A program made the position numbers and the translations under genes. Under the pieces are notes generated by a model. The model was not told the DNA's origin, ran no database searches, and saw only the letters and a list, made by a program, of their open reading frames with translations. Shown one piece after another: positions 45,984-54,939 of a stretch of 64,000 nt of DNA (the first letter of the stretch is position 1; each line of letters starts with the position of its first letter). Source of the stretch: Longimicrobiales bacterium (GTDB lineage: Bacteria > Gemmatimonadota > Gemmatimonadetes > Longimicrobiales > Gaopeijiaceae); the NCBI GenBank assembly GCA_965204735.1, contig OZ242008.1:960001-1024000 (forward strand), in the 5' to 3' direction.

Positions 45984-46574
45984 TCAGCTGAAGTAGGGGT
46001 TCTCTCCGCTCATGTGGTCGGTGACGTCGTGGATCGCCGTCACTTCCGGGACGGCCTGCGAAACCATCCGCTCCACGCCCTGGCGGAGGGTCATGCGGGA
46101 CATGGCGCAGCCCTGGCAACCGCCGGACATCTCGATGTAGACCTCAGTGTCCTGCACGTCCACCAAGTTGATGGCGCCGCCGTGGGCCGCCACCGCCGGG
46201 TTGATCTCCGTGTCCAGCACGTGGCGGACCCGGTCGGCCAGCTCGCCCTTCGGGCCCGTCGCGTCGATGGCCGCCTTCACGGCGTCGGGGTTCGGCGTGA
46301 TCTGGAACCCGCTCTCCTGAATCGTCTCGACGAAGTCCACGCTGGCGCCGTCCAGCCTTCCCGCGCTGGCTTCGTCCACGAGCACGGGAAACGCTCCGGC
46401 GCTGACCTCCACGTCCGACTCCTGCCGGCTCTCGGCCTCCACCAGCGTCAGCTCGTAGTTGGGGGCGAAGGGGCTCCCGTCCACGGCGATCCGCAGCGCC
46501 TGGGGGGCGTCCTCTTCCTGCTCCATGAACGACAGGACCATGTCCCGGGCCCGGTCGGTGAAGGTCAGCTTCAT
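45984..46574 (-). CDS. nfuA: Fe-S biogenesis protein NfuA (degenerate A-type domain plus NifU C-terminal domain)
   Basis: [21 protein letters not shown] and GENPYF motifs. Confidence 0.92.
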   Translation of the reverse strand: MKLTFTDRARDMVLSFMEQEEDAPQALRIAVDGSPFAPNYELTLVEAESRQESDVEVSAGAFPVLVDEASAGRLDGASVDFVETIQESGFQITPNPDAVKAAIDATGPKGELADRVRHVLDTEINPAVAAHGGAINLVDVQDTEVYIEMSGGCQGCAMSRMTLRQGVERMVSQAVPEVTAIHDVTDHMSGENPYFS

Positions 46575-46786
46575 TGGGTCGTCTCCAAGGTGGGGAAACC
46601 GTGGCCCAATATGGCGCGTTCGCGTCCCAAGGTCCACAAGGCGGGGCTCTGCGGGACGTTCGGCGACCGCCAGGCTGTGGCCGCCTGGGCAAGCCATCTT
46701 CGGGGGCCGACCAAGCAGGGACCTCGGACAGATTCTTGGCCAAATAGTGGGGGGAATTTGTCGCGGCCGCCCGGGCCGCCCCCGAC

Positions 46787-49700
46787 CTACTCCAGCAGGC
46801 CCTCCATGGCCGCAGAGGCTTCCCACTCCGCGTCGGAGCGGGCCGCTCCCCGCCGTTGGTCGCGGGAGAGCCACTTGGCGCGGCTTCCCGAAGCGGTGCG
46901 CTCGACCTCCAGCACGTGGTCGACCTGCTCGGCGACGGCGCGCACGTGGGAGATCACGCCGACCATGCGTCCCGTCTTCGCCACGGTTCCCAGCGCCTCG
47001 ACCGCGGCGTCCAGGTTGCTGCGGTCCAGGGAGCCGAACCCCTCGTCCAGGAAGAGCGACTCCAGCCGCCCGCCCGAGCGGGCCATCATCTCCACCATCC
47101 CCAGGGCCAGGGCCAGCGACGCGATGAACTGCTCGCCCCCCGAGAGGCTTGCCGGCGACCGCGGCTGGCCGGACTCGTCGTCGAGCACTTGCCACTGCAC
47201 TTCGTCGTTCTCGGGGTCCACGAACGAGTACTTGCCGCCGCTGATCTCGCCGAGCATTCCGGATGCATGGATCAGCAGGCTGCGCGAGCGTCGCAGGGTC
47301 AGCCACTTGAGGAAGGCGCCGGGCTTGAGGGCCTTGTCCAGGTCGCCGAGGGCGCGTTCCAGCTCGTCGGCCTCGTCGAGCAGGGCTCGGAGCGCGAGCA
47401 TGTCGTCCTTGATCGCGGCGAAGTCGTCGCGCCGGCGAGCGGTGGCGCGGGCGGCGTACTCGGCTTCTTGGGCGGCGGCGGCAGCAGCGCCCCGGACGTC
47501 CTCGGGGGCGACCGGGACTTCGTCGGGCGGGGCGTCCGCGGTTCCTGCTCCTGGCTCAAACAAGAGTTCCGCGTCGGAACGCTGGGCGACCAGACGGCGG
47601 CCCAGCTCCACCAAGGCGTCTACTGCAGTTCGCTCCGCCGCGGCCGCCTCCTTGACGCGGTCGCGAGCGGCTTCGACGACGGCCGACGTGAGGTCGCGCA
47701 GCTTCCTCATCCACTCCTGGTGCGCGGCCGGGTCCTTCGCCGAGGGCGCGCCTGGGAGGTGCGCGGCGCCCAGCAGGTCGCCCAAGGCCAGGGCGTCGAG
47801 GGCCCGGAGCACGGCGTCGCGGTGGGGGCCAAGGCTCCCAGCAATGGCGGAGAGGGGTTGATCGACTTCGGCCACCCGGCGTTGCGCAAGGGCCTCCCGT
47901 GCCTTGCCGGCTTCCTCCAGCTCCTGATTGAACCGACGCCGCTGCTGCTCCCGGTGCTCCAAGACGCGCTGGCGTTCCTGGGCGGCCGCAATGGGTCCGT
48001 CGGCCGCCGACAGATCGATCTTGCCCAGCTGTGCCGGGTCCGAAGGGATCTCCGCTCTCGGTCGGTACGCCGAGGGAGTCTCGTCCACGTTCCGGGCCAG
48101 CCGCTCCAGCGCGTTGGCGGCGGTGCGCCGGGCGGCCGCCGCCAGATCGTCGGCGCCCTTCGCCTCGGCTTCCGCCGTCGCGGCGTCGTTGGAGAGGCCC
48201 GCTCGCTCTTGCTCCAGGGTCTTGTGCGCGTCGTCGTGTCGAGCCAGCGCATCGGACGCCTTCTGGTGGGCGGCCGTCAGCGGGCGAAGCAGGGAATCCA
48301 GGGAAGGGAGGGGCGGCGCGGCGGTGGAGGCGTCGTTGTCGGAAGCGACGGAGGCGTCGGAAGCGTCGTCGCTGTCGGAGGCGTCGTTGCTGTCGGAGGC
48401 GTTGTCGGGGCCAGAGGCGTTGTCGGGGCCAGAGGCGTTGTCGGGGCCGGAGATGTCGTCGGCCGTTCCGGCGAAGAGGTCGGGGGACTCTTCCCCGAAG
48501 GCAACCGCGAATTCGGTCACGGCCGACCTGTACACTGCCGCAGCCTGCTCTGCACTGGCCTGCGCATCGCTCAGCTGCCTCTCCACGGACCGCAGCTCGG
48601 TACGCACTTGCGCGGCTTTCTGGCCCGACTCCTGGGCCTTGTCCCGAGCCTCGCGCGCAGCCGCCTCCGCTTCGGCGTGACCAGCGTCCTCGGGCGGCGA
48701 CCACTCCACCGGGAGACCGCGCCGACACACCGGGCAGTCGTCTCCTGGGCGGAGCCCGTGGGCGGCCGCCGCGGCCGAGTTGGCGCGGCGGGCGTCGGCC
48801 TCTCTCTCCTCCGCGCTGGCGGCGGCGGCCTTGGCGCTCTCGGCCTCCTCGGCGGCGTTCTCGACCTTGGCCGCCACTCCACCTTGCCGGTCCGCCAGTT
48901 CCGCGACCTTCTTCTGCGCCTCGCCGGCCCGGTCCTGCAACCCGTCGCACCTCTGATGCTCAAGGCGCGCCTCCTCGCAGAGGGCGCGGGCGGCCTCGTC
49001 GGCCTTGGCAAGGGGTTGGCGAAGCTGGGCATGGCGCTCCGCCTCCTTCGCCGCCTTTTCGACCGTTTCCTTCGCTCGGCCGGCAGCCTCGCGCCTGCTT
49101 TCTGCCACCGTCGCCTTCTGGCGCATCTCCTCAGCCGCCTCGACCGCCCCCGCCGCCAAGCCGTCAAAGCGGTTCAGCGCGGCCAGGGCCGTAGCGACCT
49201 CCGTCTGGTCCGGGCCGTCCTCCGACGGAATGCGGGCCAGCTCGTCGCGGAGGCCCGCCTGCTTCCGCTTCCACTCCTCGTCGGCCTTGTCGATTTCCCG
49301 CAAGCGCTCCGCGACGGGCGCAACCCGAGCTTCCTCCTCTTCGATCCGCGACAGGCCCGGTTCCACTCGGTCGATCTCGGCCGACGCTTGCTTCCCGTCC
49401 TTGACGGCTGCTTCCAGCGAGCCGAACGCCTCGGACGCCTCGTTCGCCAGCGCCGCCGCCTCGTCCGCCTTCCGACGGGCGGTCGCAGCCGCTTCGCTCA
49501 GCTGCGCCAAGTGCGCTTCCGGGTCCTCCGGGCAGTCGCTCGCCTTTTGCCCGAGCTGCGCCCGAATCTGCGCCACGTCGTGCAACGCCCCCGACGCAAG
49601 CTCGCCCACGGCCTCCAGGTCCTCGGTCGGCCAGAGCTGGCGAAGGACCTTGCTTCGGTCGGCGGGCCGGTCCTCCACCAGAAGCCTCGCGAAGCGGCCT

Positions 49701-50140
49701 TGCGGCAGGACGACGGTGCGCAGGAAGGCGTCGCTGTCGAGTCCGATCAGCTGTTCGACCCGCTCGTTGACCGGCCGCACTTGGTCCACGACCTCGAGCG
49801 GCTCGCCGTCCTTTCCCAGGTGCCGCAGCCGAGCCCCGGACGGCTTGACCTGGCCCTTGGCGTCCCGACGCAGCGTCCGCACCGCCTCCCACTCCTGACC
49901 CGACACCCGAAAGCGGAGCACGACCCGCATCTTGTCGGACCTGTCGTTCATCAGGTCCTGGTTCACATGCCCCGCGAAGCTGGTCTTGCCGTAGAGGGCG
50001 TAGGTCATCGCCTCCAGGATCGAGGACTTGCCGGCCCCGGTGTCGCCCACCACGGCGATCTGGTCCCGGTCGCCGAAGTCGATCTCGACCTGCTTGCGGA
50101 ACGACCGCAGCCCCTCGATGCCCAGCGACAGCGGACGCAC
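46787..50140 (-). CDS. sbcC: SbcC/Rad50-like SMC ATPase
   Basis: Walker A GDTGAGKSS, LPQGRF, long coiled coil with CPVC zinc hook, LSGGE, FLDEGFG and ISH. GTG start at 50140. Confidence 0.9.
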   Translation of the reverse strand: MRPLSLGIEGLRSFRKQVEIDFGDRDQIAVVGDTGAGKSSILEAMTYALYGKTSFAGHVNQDLMNDRSDKMRVVLRFRVSGQEWEAVRTLRRDAKGQVKPSGARLRHLGKDGEPLEVVDQVRPVNERVEQLIGLDSDAFLRTVVLPQGRFARLLVEDRPADRSKVLRQLWPTEDLEAVGELASGALHDVAQIRAQLGQKASDCPEDPEAHLAQLSEAAATARRKADEAAALANEASEAFGSLEAAVKDGKQASAEIDRVEPGLSRIEEEEARVAPVAERLREIDKADEEWKRKQAGLRDELARIPSEDGPDQTEVATALAALNRFDGLAAGAVEAAEEMRQKATVAESRREAAGRAKETVEKAAKEAERHAQLRQPLAKADEAARALCEEARLEHQRCDGLQDRAGEAQKKVAELADRQGGVAAKVENAAEEAESAKAAAASAEEREADARRANSAAAAAHGLRPGDDCPVCRRGLPVEWSPPEDAGHAEAEAAAREARDKAQESGQKAAQVRTELRSVERQLSDAQASAEQAAAVYRSAVTEFAVAFGEESPDLFAGTADDISGPDNASGPDNASGPDNASDSNDASDSDDASDASVASDNDASTAAPPLPSLDSLLRPLTAAHQKASDALARHDDAHKTLEQERAGLSNDAATAEAEAKGADDLAAAARRTAANALERLARNVDETPSAYRPRAEIPSDPAQLGKIDLSAADGPIAAAQERQRVLEHREQQRRRFNQELEEAGKAREALAQRRVAEVDQPLSAIAGSLGPHRDAVLRALDALALGDLLGAAHLPGAPSAKDPAAHQEWMRKLRDLTSAVVEAARDRVKEAAAAERTAVDALVELGRRLVAQRSDAELLFEPGAGTADAPPDEVPVAPEDVRGAAAAAAQEAEYAARATARRRDDFAAIKDDMLALRALLDEADELERALGDLDKALKPGAFLKWLTLRRSRSLLIHASGMLGEISGGKYSFVDPENDEVQWQVLDDESGQPRSPASLSGGEQFIASLALALGMVEMMARSGGRLESLFLDEGFGSLDRSNLDAAVEALGTVAKTGRMVGVISHVRAVAEQVDHVLEVERTASGSRAKWLSRDQRRGAARSDAEWEASAAMEGLLE
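48326..48460 (-). repeat. 18-bp in-frame tandem repeat in the SbcC coiled coil
   Basis: SGPDNA three times, then SDSNDA, SDSDDA, SDASVA, SDNDA. Confidence 0.85.
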
Positions 50141-50144
50141 CGGG

Positions 50145-51464
50145 TCAGCCCTCCGCTCCCGGCAAACCGCTTGGGCTCCCGCCCGAGCCCGTCGCTCCGC
50201 CGGCGGCAACCCGTCGTCCCGTCGCAAGCGCCGCCAGCGTCTTCTCCGCCCGCGCCGCCAACTCGCCGACGCCGAAGTCGGCCCCCTCTTCCTGGCCGAC
50301 AGTTCCCAGCGCTTGGACGAAGAGGGCGCGCACCCGCTCGTCGGGCGCCGTGCGCTGTCCCTTGGTTGCCGCCGACTCCCGCCACTCCATGAACAAGTCT
50401 TCCGTCGGCGGTTCGGGGCCGTCGTCGCCCTCGGCCTCCGAGATGGACTTCGCGCGGCGGTTCGCGACGTCGTTCACCACGTTGAACACGGCGCACTCGG
50501 GCGACCACTCGGCCAGCTGGTCGGCAAGGTTGGGGATCGGCTCGTCCGACACGACGCGGGCCTTTAGGATGACCTCGTTCAGCCCCCCGTCCTGGGCCTC
50601 GTCCTCCAGCTCGTCCAGCGTGCCGACGAACTGCCGCAGAGGCCGGCCGACGGGCAGGCGGTGGGACTCGACCTGGACGCCGTCGTCGTCGATGCGGACT
50701 TCGACCGCCACCTTGGCCTGCTTGGTCTCTCCGAAGTCCAGCGGCACGAGGGAGCCGGCGTAGCGTCCCGTCGCCGTCCCGCCCGGCAGGAGCTGCGGGT
50801 CGTGGATGTGGCCGAAGGCGCAGTAGAGCGCCCGGTCCAGCCCGTCCGTGTGCGTGGCGTAGTCCTCGCCGACGGTCAGCCGTCGCTCCGAGGCGCCGGG
50901 CGTGGCCCCGTGAAGGTGCAGGTGCGCCGCGTAGAGAACGACGCCGTCGGGCCCCGCCGCCTGTTCCGCTTCGCCGAGGACCCGTCGGTTCACCGTCCTG
51001 ATGCCGTCGGCGTAGCTGCCCTCGAAGCGGGCGTGGTCGTCGGAAGCGTAGTCCACCACGGCCCCGACGGGGATGAACGGCACGCACGCCACCGCGACCG
51101 GCTGGTCGGCGATCTCCGGGTACTCAGCCACGGTCGGGTCGACGACCATCCGAAGGCGGTCCTGGCCGGCGGCGCCCGCGAGTTCGTTGATCACCTCGAA
51201 GAGCTCGCGAGAGTCGTGGTTGCCGCGCACCACGAGGACCGGCGCGACCTCCGCCAGCCGGTTCAGCGCTTGCACGCCCATGCGGAGCGCCTCGTAGGGC
51301 GGCCTGTAGGCGTCGAAGAGGTCGCCGGCGTGGACGATCAGGTCGGGCCGAACGTCCTGGGCGACGTCCAGCAGGCCCAGCAGTGCTTCGCGCTGGTCGC
51401 GCCCGCGTTCGTGGCGGCCCAGCCGGGCGCCCAGGTGCCAGTCGGACGTGTGGAGGAGGATCAC
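50145..51464 (-). CDS. sbcD: SbcD/Mre11-like nuclease
   Basis: HTSDWHLG, AGDLFD, GNHD and FGHIH motifs. Confidence 0.92.
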   Translation of the reverse strand: MILLHTSDWHLGARLGRHERGRDQREALLGLLDVAQDVRPDLIVHAGDLFDAYRPPYEALRMGVQALNRLAEVAPVLVVRGNHDSRELFEVINELAGAAGQDRLRMVVDPTVAEYPEIADQPVAVACVPFIPVGAVVDYASDDHARFEGSYADGIRTVNRRVLGEAEQAAGPDGVVLYAAHLHLHGATPGASERRLTVGEDYATHTDGLDRALYCAFGHIHDPQLLPGGTATGRYAGSLVPLDFGETKQAKVAVEVRIDDDGVQVESHRLPVGRPLRQFVGTLDELEDEAQDGGLNEVILKARVVSDEPIPNLADQLAEWSPECAVFNVVNDVANRRAKSISEAEGDDGPEPPTEDLFMEWRESAATKGQRTAPDERVRALFVQALGTVGQEEGADFGVGELAARAEKTLAALATGRRVAAGGATGSGGSPSGLPGAEG

Positions 51465-51524
51465 GCGACCAATCTACGGCCACGGGGCGGCGGGTCAAGC
51501 GACGAGGGGCCGACCCCCGGGCGT

Positions 51525-51612
51525 TTCTTGACTGGAAGCCGCAAGCAAAGTCCAGAATTCCCGTAAGTCCTTGTCTGACAGTCACTTGATTTCTTGACTG
51601 GTTCTTGACTGG
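51525..51612. repeat. Three TTCTTGACTGG direct repeats around an imperfect palindrome
   Basis: Copies at 51525, 51591 and 51602, with TAAGTCCTTG-tctga-CAGTCACTT between them. AT-rich relative to the flanks. Confidence 0.7.
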
Positions 51613-51776
51613 GACGCTTGGCAGGACCCCGGGGGGAGGCGTGGGCAGGGCCACCCGCGGGCGGCGGGGGCCTTCTTGCGAATCCAGCGGAAGCCGTCGT
51701 ACCCTGCGTCACGAGCCCGAACCTCGACCGGGGCCGTCCAGGCTCTGGGGCAGGGGACCCCGAACAGGACGCCGCC

Positions 51777-53249
51777 GTGACCAGCCGACCGAACCGAGAC
51801 CACCTTGCGAGCTTGGTCCAGGAGCTGCGCGGGCGGCCCAGGGAGGCCGACTGGCTGGAGTTCAAGGTGAACTTCAGCGACCCGGAGGGCATCGGCGAAT
51901 ACATTTCGGCCCTTTCCAACGCGGCGGCCCTTTGCGGCAAGAACCATGGGTACTTGGTCTGGGGAATCGAAGACGCCACGCACGACGTCGTGGGAACGCG
52001 CTTCTCGCCGGCCAAGGCCAAGAAGGGAAACGAGCCCCTGGAAACTTGGCTTCACCGCCTTCTGGAACCTGCTGTCGACTTCGCATTCCACGATTTGGTG
52101 GTGGAAGGCCGAAGAGTTGTCCTGCTGGAAGTCGTCAGAGCCGTTCATCGCCCCGTCGAGTTCAAGCGAGCCAGGTACATTCGTGTTGGAAGGGCAAAGA
52201 AGCGGCTCGCCGACTTTCCGGAGAAGGAGCGCGCTCTTTGGCGGTTGTTCGACCACGTGCCCTTCGAGAAGCAGATCGCTGCGGAACGGCTTGGCGCCCG
52301 CGACGTTCTTCAGACGCTGGACTATCCCAAGCACTTCGACTTGCTGGGACGGCCGCCTCCCGACGGCGCCGAGGCGATTGCTGCCGCTCTGGCCGAGGAC
52401 TCCATCGTCGCACGAAACGGTGCGGGGGGGTTCGACGTCACGAACCTGGGCGCTGTGCTGCTGGCGAAGGACCTGGGCGACTTTCCAGGGTTGCGACGAA
52501 AGGCCCTGCGGGTGATTCACTACAGCGGCGCGGGCCGCATCAACGCTCTGGCGGAGCAGGAGTTTGTCGACGGGTACGCGTCCGGCTTCGACAAGATGGT
52601 CGCTCACGTCGTCGCTCGCCTGCCCGCGAAGGAGGAACTCGACGGGGTATTCCGGCGGTCGATCACGTCGTTTCCCGAGATTGCGGTGAGGGAGCTGATC
52701 GCCAACGCGCTCATTCACCAGGACTTCGCGCAGCGCGGCGCCGGGCCGATGGTCGAGATATTCGACGGGCGGCTGGAGATCAGCAACCCGGGAAAGCCGC
52801 TTGTGGACACGCAAAGGTTCGTCGACGCGACGCCGACGTCCCGCAACGAGGCCACGGCTTCCATGATGCGCAGGTTCGGCCTGTGCGAAGAGCGCGGCAC
52901 AGGCATCGACAAGGTGGTCTCGGAGATCGAACTGCGGCAGCTTCCCCCTCCTCTCTTCGAGGCTCCGCCCCTCTCCACGCGGGTCGTCCTCTTCGACCGC
53001 AAGACTTTGGCGCAGATGGACGGGATCGAACGCCTCCGGGCTTGCTATCTGCACGCCTGTCTGCAGTTCGTGACCCGTCGCCGGATGACGAACGGCTCGT
53101 TGCGGGAACGCCTGGGCGTCCCCGACAAGAACGCGTCCATGATCTCCAGGATTCTGCGAGAGGCGGTCGCTGCTGGGCTCATCGAAGTGGCGAACCCGGA
53201 GAACGGCCTGCGCGCCCGCCATTACGTCCCGTTCTGGGCCGTTTCGTGA
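51777..53249 (+). CDS. Schlafen/AlbA_2 domain plus HATPase-like (RecG C-terminal type) plus wHTH protein, no. 1
   Basis: EADWLEFKVN, ISALSN, LVWGIED, RELIANALIHQD, ISNPG, SRNE and EERGTGIDK motifs. Confidence 0.85.
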   Translation: MTSRPNRDHLASLVQELRGRPREADWLEFKVNFSDPEGIGEYISALSNAAALCGKNHGYLVWGIEDATHDVVGTRFSPAKAKKGNEPLETWLHRLLEPAVDFAFHDLVVEGRRVVLLEVVRAVHRPVEFKRARYIRVGRAKKRLADFPEKERALWRLFDHVPFEKQIAAERLGARDVLQTLDYPKHFDLLGRPPPDGAEAIAAALAEDSIVARNGAGGFDVTNLGAVLLAKDLGDFPGLRRKALRVIHYSGAGRINALAEQEFVDGYASGFDKMVAHVVARLPAKEELDGVFRRSITSFPEIAVRELIANALIHQDFAQRGAGPMVEIFDGRLEISNPGKPLVDTQRFVDATPTSRNEATASMMRRFGLCEERGTGIDKVVSEIELRQLPPPLFEAPPLSTRVVLFDRKTLAQMDGIERLRACYLHACLQFVTRRRMTNGSLRERLGVPDKNASMISRILREAVAAGLIEVANPENGLRARHYVPFWAVS

Positions 53250-53287
53250 AGACGGGAGGCGGCCAAGAAAGGGACCGTGGTGGGGAA

Positions 53288-54070
53288 ATGAGCAATCGGA
53301 CGCTCCAGTTCCGCTTGGAGGCCGCCAAGCCGGGCATGGTAGTCGATGCGCGCGACTTCCGCGACTTCGTGTCTGCGGCGCTCGAGTGCCTGACGCGCTT
53401 GGAGAAGGAACTCGGATCTGCGGTCTCGGTAGCGTATCCGCTTGTCGGTCTGGAGTTCGGAAGCGCGAGCTTGACGATACGTCCGGAGTCCAAGGGCGAC
53501 CAAAACTCCACCGCTGGCACGATCTCGGCCCACTTCGAGCGAGGCTTTGCCGCACTCGCCACGCACAAACTGAACACAACGGCTTTTGCCAAGCAGACCC
53601 AAGCATCCTTCAGGCGTCTCCTGCAACCGCTAAAGCAAAGACTTGGTGCTATAGAATTCACCGGAACCAATACGTATCGCATGGACTCCGCATTTGTTGT
53701 TCGAACCCAGCGCACCGAGAAAAAGACCGCTAAAGCAACGAGTAGCGTGTCTGGACGCATCGAGGCCTTGAACATCCACAATAAGAGGATTTTCTTCGTC
53801 TATCCAATCACCGGCCCACGCGTGAGGTGCGAGTTCTCCGAGACCCACCTTGACGCTGTTCGCGATGCCATTGGTCGCCATGTCACAGTACACGGCACAT
53901 CCGATGCCGACGCTTCCGGCTTGTTTCCCCAGAAGATCGCTGTCAGCAAGATCAACATTCATCCTAGGGCCGACCAAACCCAGTTGCGGGACTTTCTTGG
54001 ATCTATTCCAGATCTCACTGGCGGCATAGACAGTGTTGCGCTCATAAGGGCCCAAAGAGATGCCGAATAA
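53288..54070 (+). CDS. Hypothetical protein, low GC, possible OB-fold C-terminal half
   Basis: 260-aa ORF with ATG after GGGG and markedly lower GC. No family motif recognised with certainty. Confidence 0.7.
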   Translation: MSNRTLQFRLEAAKPGMVVDARDFRDFVSAALECLTRLEKELGSAVSVAYPLVGLEFGSASLTIRPESKGDQNSTAGTISAHFERGFAALATHKLNTTAFAKQTQASFRRLLQPLKQRLGAIEFTGTNTYRMDSAFVVRTQRTEKKTAKATSSVSGRIEALNIHNKRIFFVYPITGPRVRCEFSETHLDAVRDAIGRHVTVHGTSDADASGLFPQKIAVSKINIHPRADQTQLRDFLGSIPDLTGGIDSVALIRAQRDAE

Positions 54071-54133
54071 TAAGCTCTGACTGACGCGGCACCATGTCCA
54101 ATGGGGCGTTGTCGGAGTCACAGCATATTGCGG

Positions 54134-54529
54134 TCAACCCGACGTCGAGGGCGAGCCGCTGGGGCCGGCCAGCGCGCTCAGCACCGTGATCACCCGTTCG
54201 TACTGCTCGGCGGTGAAGGCATGGGCACCGAACGTCGCAACCACCACCAGGGTTCCGACGCTGGTCAAGGCCAAGATGCTTCGAACGGAGCCCTGGGGTA
54301 GATTTAGCCCACGCGGTGGTGCGATGGGATGCGGATGCCAGAATCGAGCCAGCAACGGATAGCCGACCAGAACGATGGCCAAGAGGATGGCCTCGGCAAT
54401 GATGAGCCCCCGCTTGTCTAGTGCCTGCATCCCGCCAGTGGGGTCTTGGAGTACCGCTTCGGCGATCAGGTGCAAAGCCGTGTTGCGTCCTCCAGCAGTA
54501 GCGGAAACCGGGTGCGGGCCCCGGAGCAT
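54134..54529 (-). CDS. Small hypothetical membrane protein, possibly truncated
   Basis: Three hydrophobic segments and GLNLPQGSVRSILAL. Start uncertain. Confidence 0.4.
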   Translation of the reverse strand: MLRGPHPVSATAGGRNTALHLIAEAVLQDPTGGMQALDKRGLIIAEAILLAIVLVGYPLLARFWHPHPIAPPRGLNLPQGSVRSILALTSVGTLVVVATFGAHAFTAEQYERVITVLSALAGPSGSPSTSG

Positions 54530-54681
54530 GGGCGCGTGATCGAACAAGACTACCACCAGGGATGCCCGGCGTCCACTGGCCAAGCTACGTCGGCCCGACG
54601 GCGCACGACCCCCGGCCCGCCCATCGGCCAGCTCCCTCTGGGCGGCAGCCTCCTCAATCCGTACCATTGATCCCGTGACCA

Positions 54682-54939
54682 GTGTCCCCACCGTGCCTGT
54701 CCCCCGACCTCCGCAGCCGGCTGGCCAAGGTGGTCCTCAACGCCCGGCGCGTGGCCGAGGCGGGGGCCCGCCACGCGCTGGAGGTGCTGGCCGTGGACCC
54801 GAGCGCGCCCCACAAGGCGATGCCGCTTTGGATCATGAGCTTCCACACCGACTGCGAGCCGGCGGGCGGTAGCCTGGAGGACGCCGCCCGCGCCGAGGCC
54901 GTCACCCCATCAACCCGCGCCAAGGAGACCACGCCATGA
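54682..54939 (+). pseudogene. Short ORF resembling the N-terminus of a BREX PglX-like/N6 methyltransferase
   Basis: LSPDLRSRLAKVVLNARRVAEAGARHALEVLAV resembles, from memory, PglX-like N-termini. Ends after 85 aa, overlapping the next ATG. Confidence 0.45.

Noticed and set aside
46720..46770. Integration (att) site between nfuA and sbcC
   Set aside because: The patch is slightly AT-rich, but I found no tRNA, integrase or matching partner repeat in the window.
46787..51464. Wadjet or Lamassu SMC defence system
   Set aside because: The partner is a clear Mre11-type phosphoesterase and no jetA/B/D or lmuA/C-like genes are adjacent.
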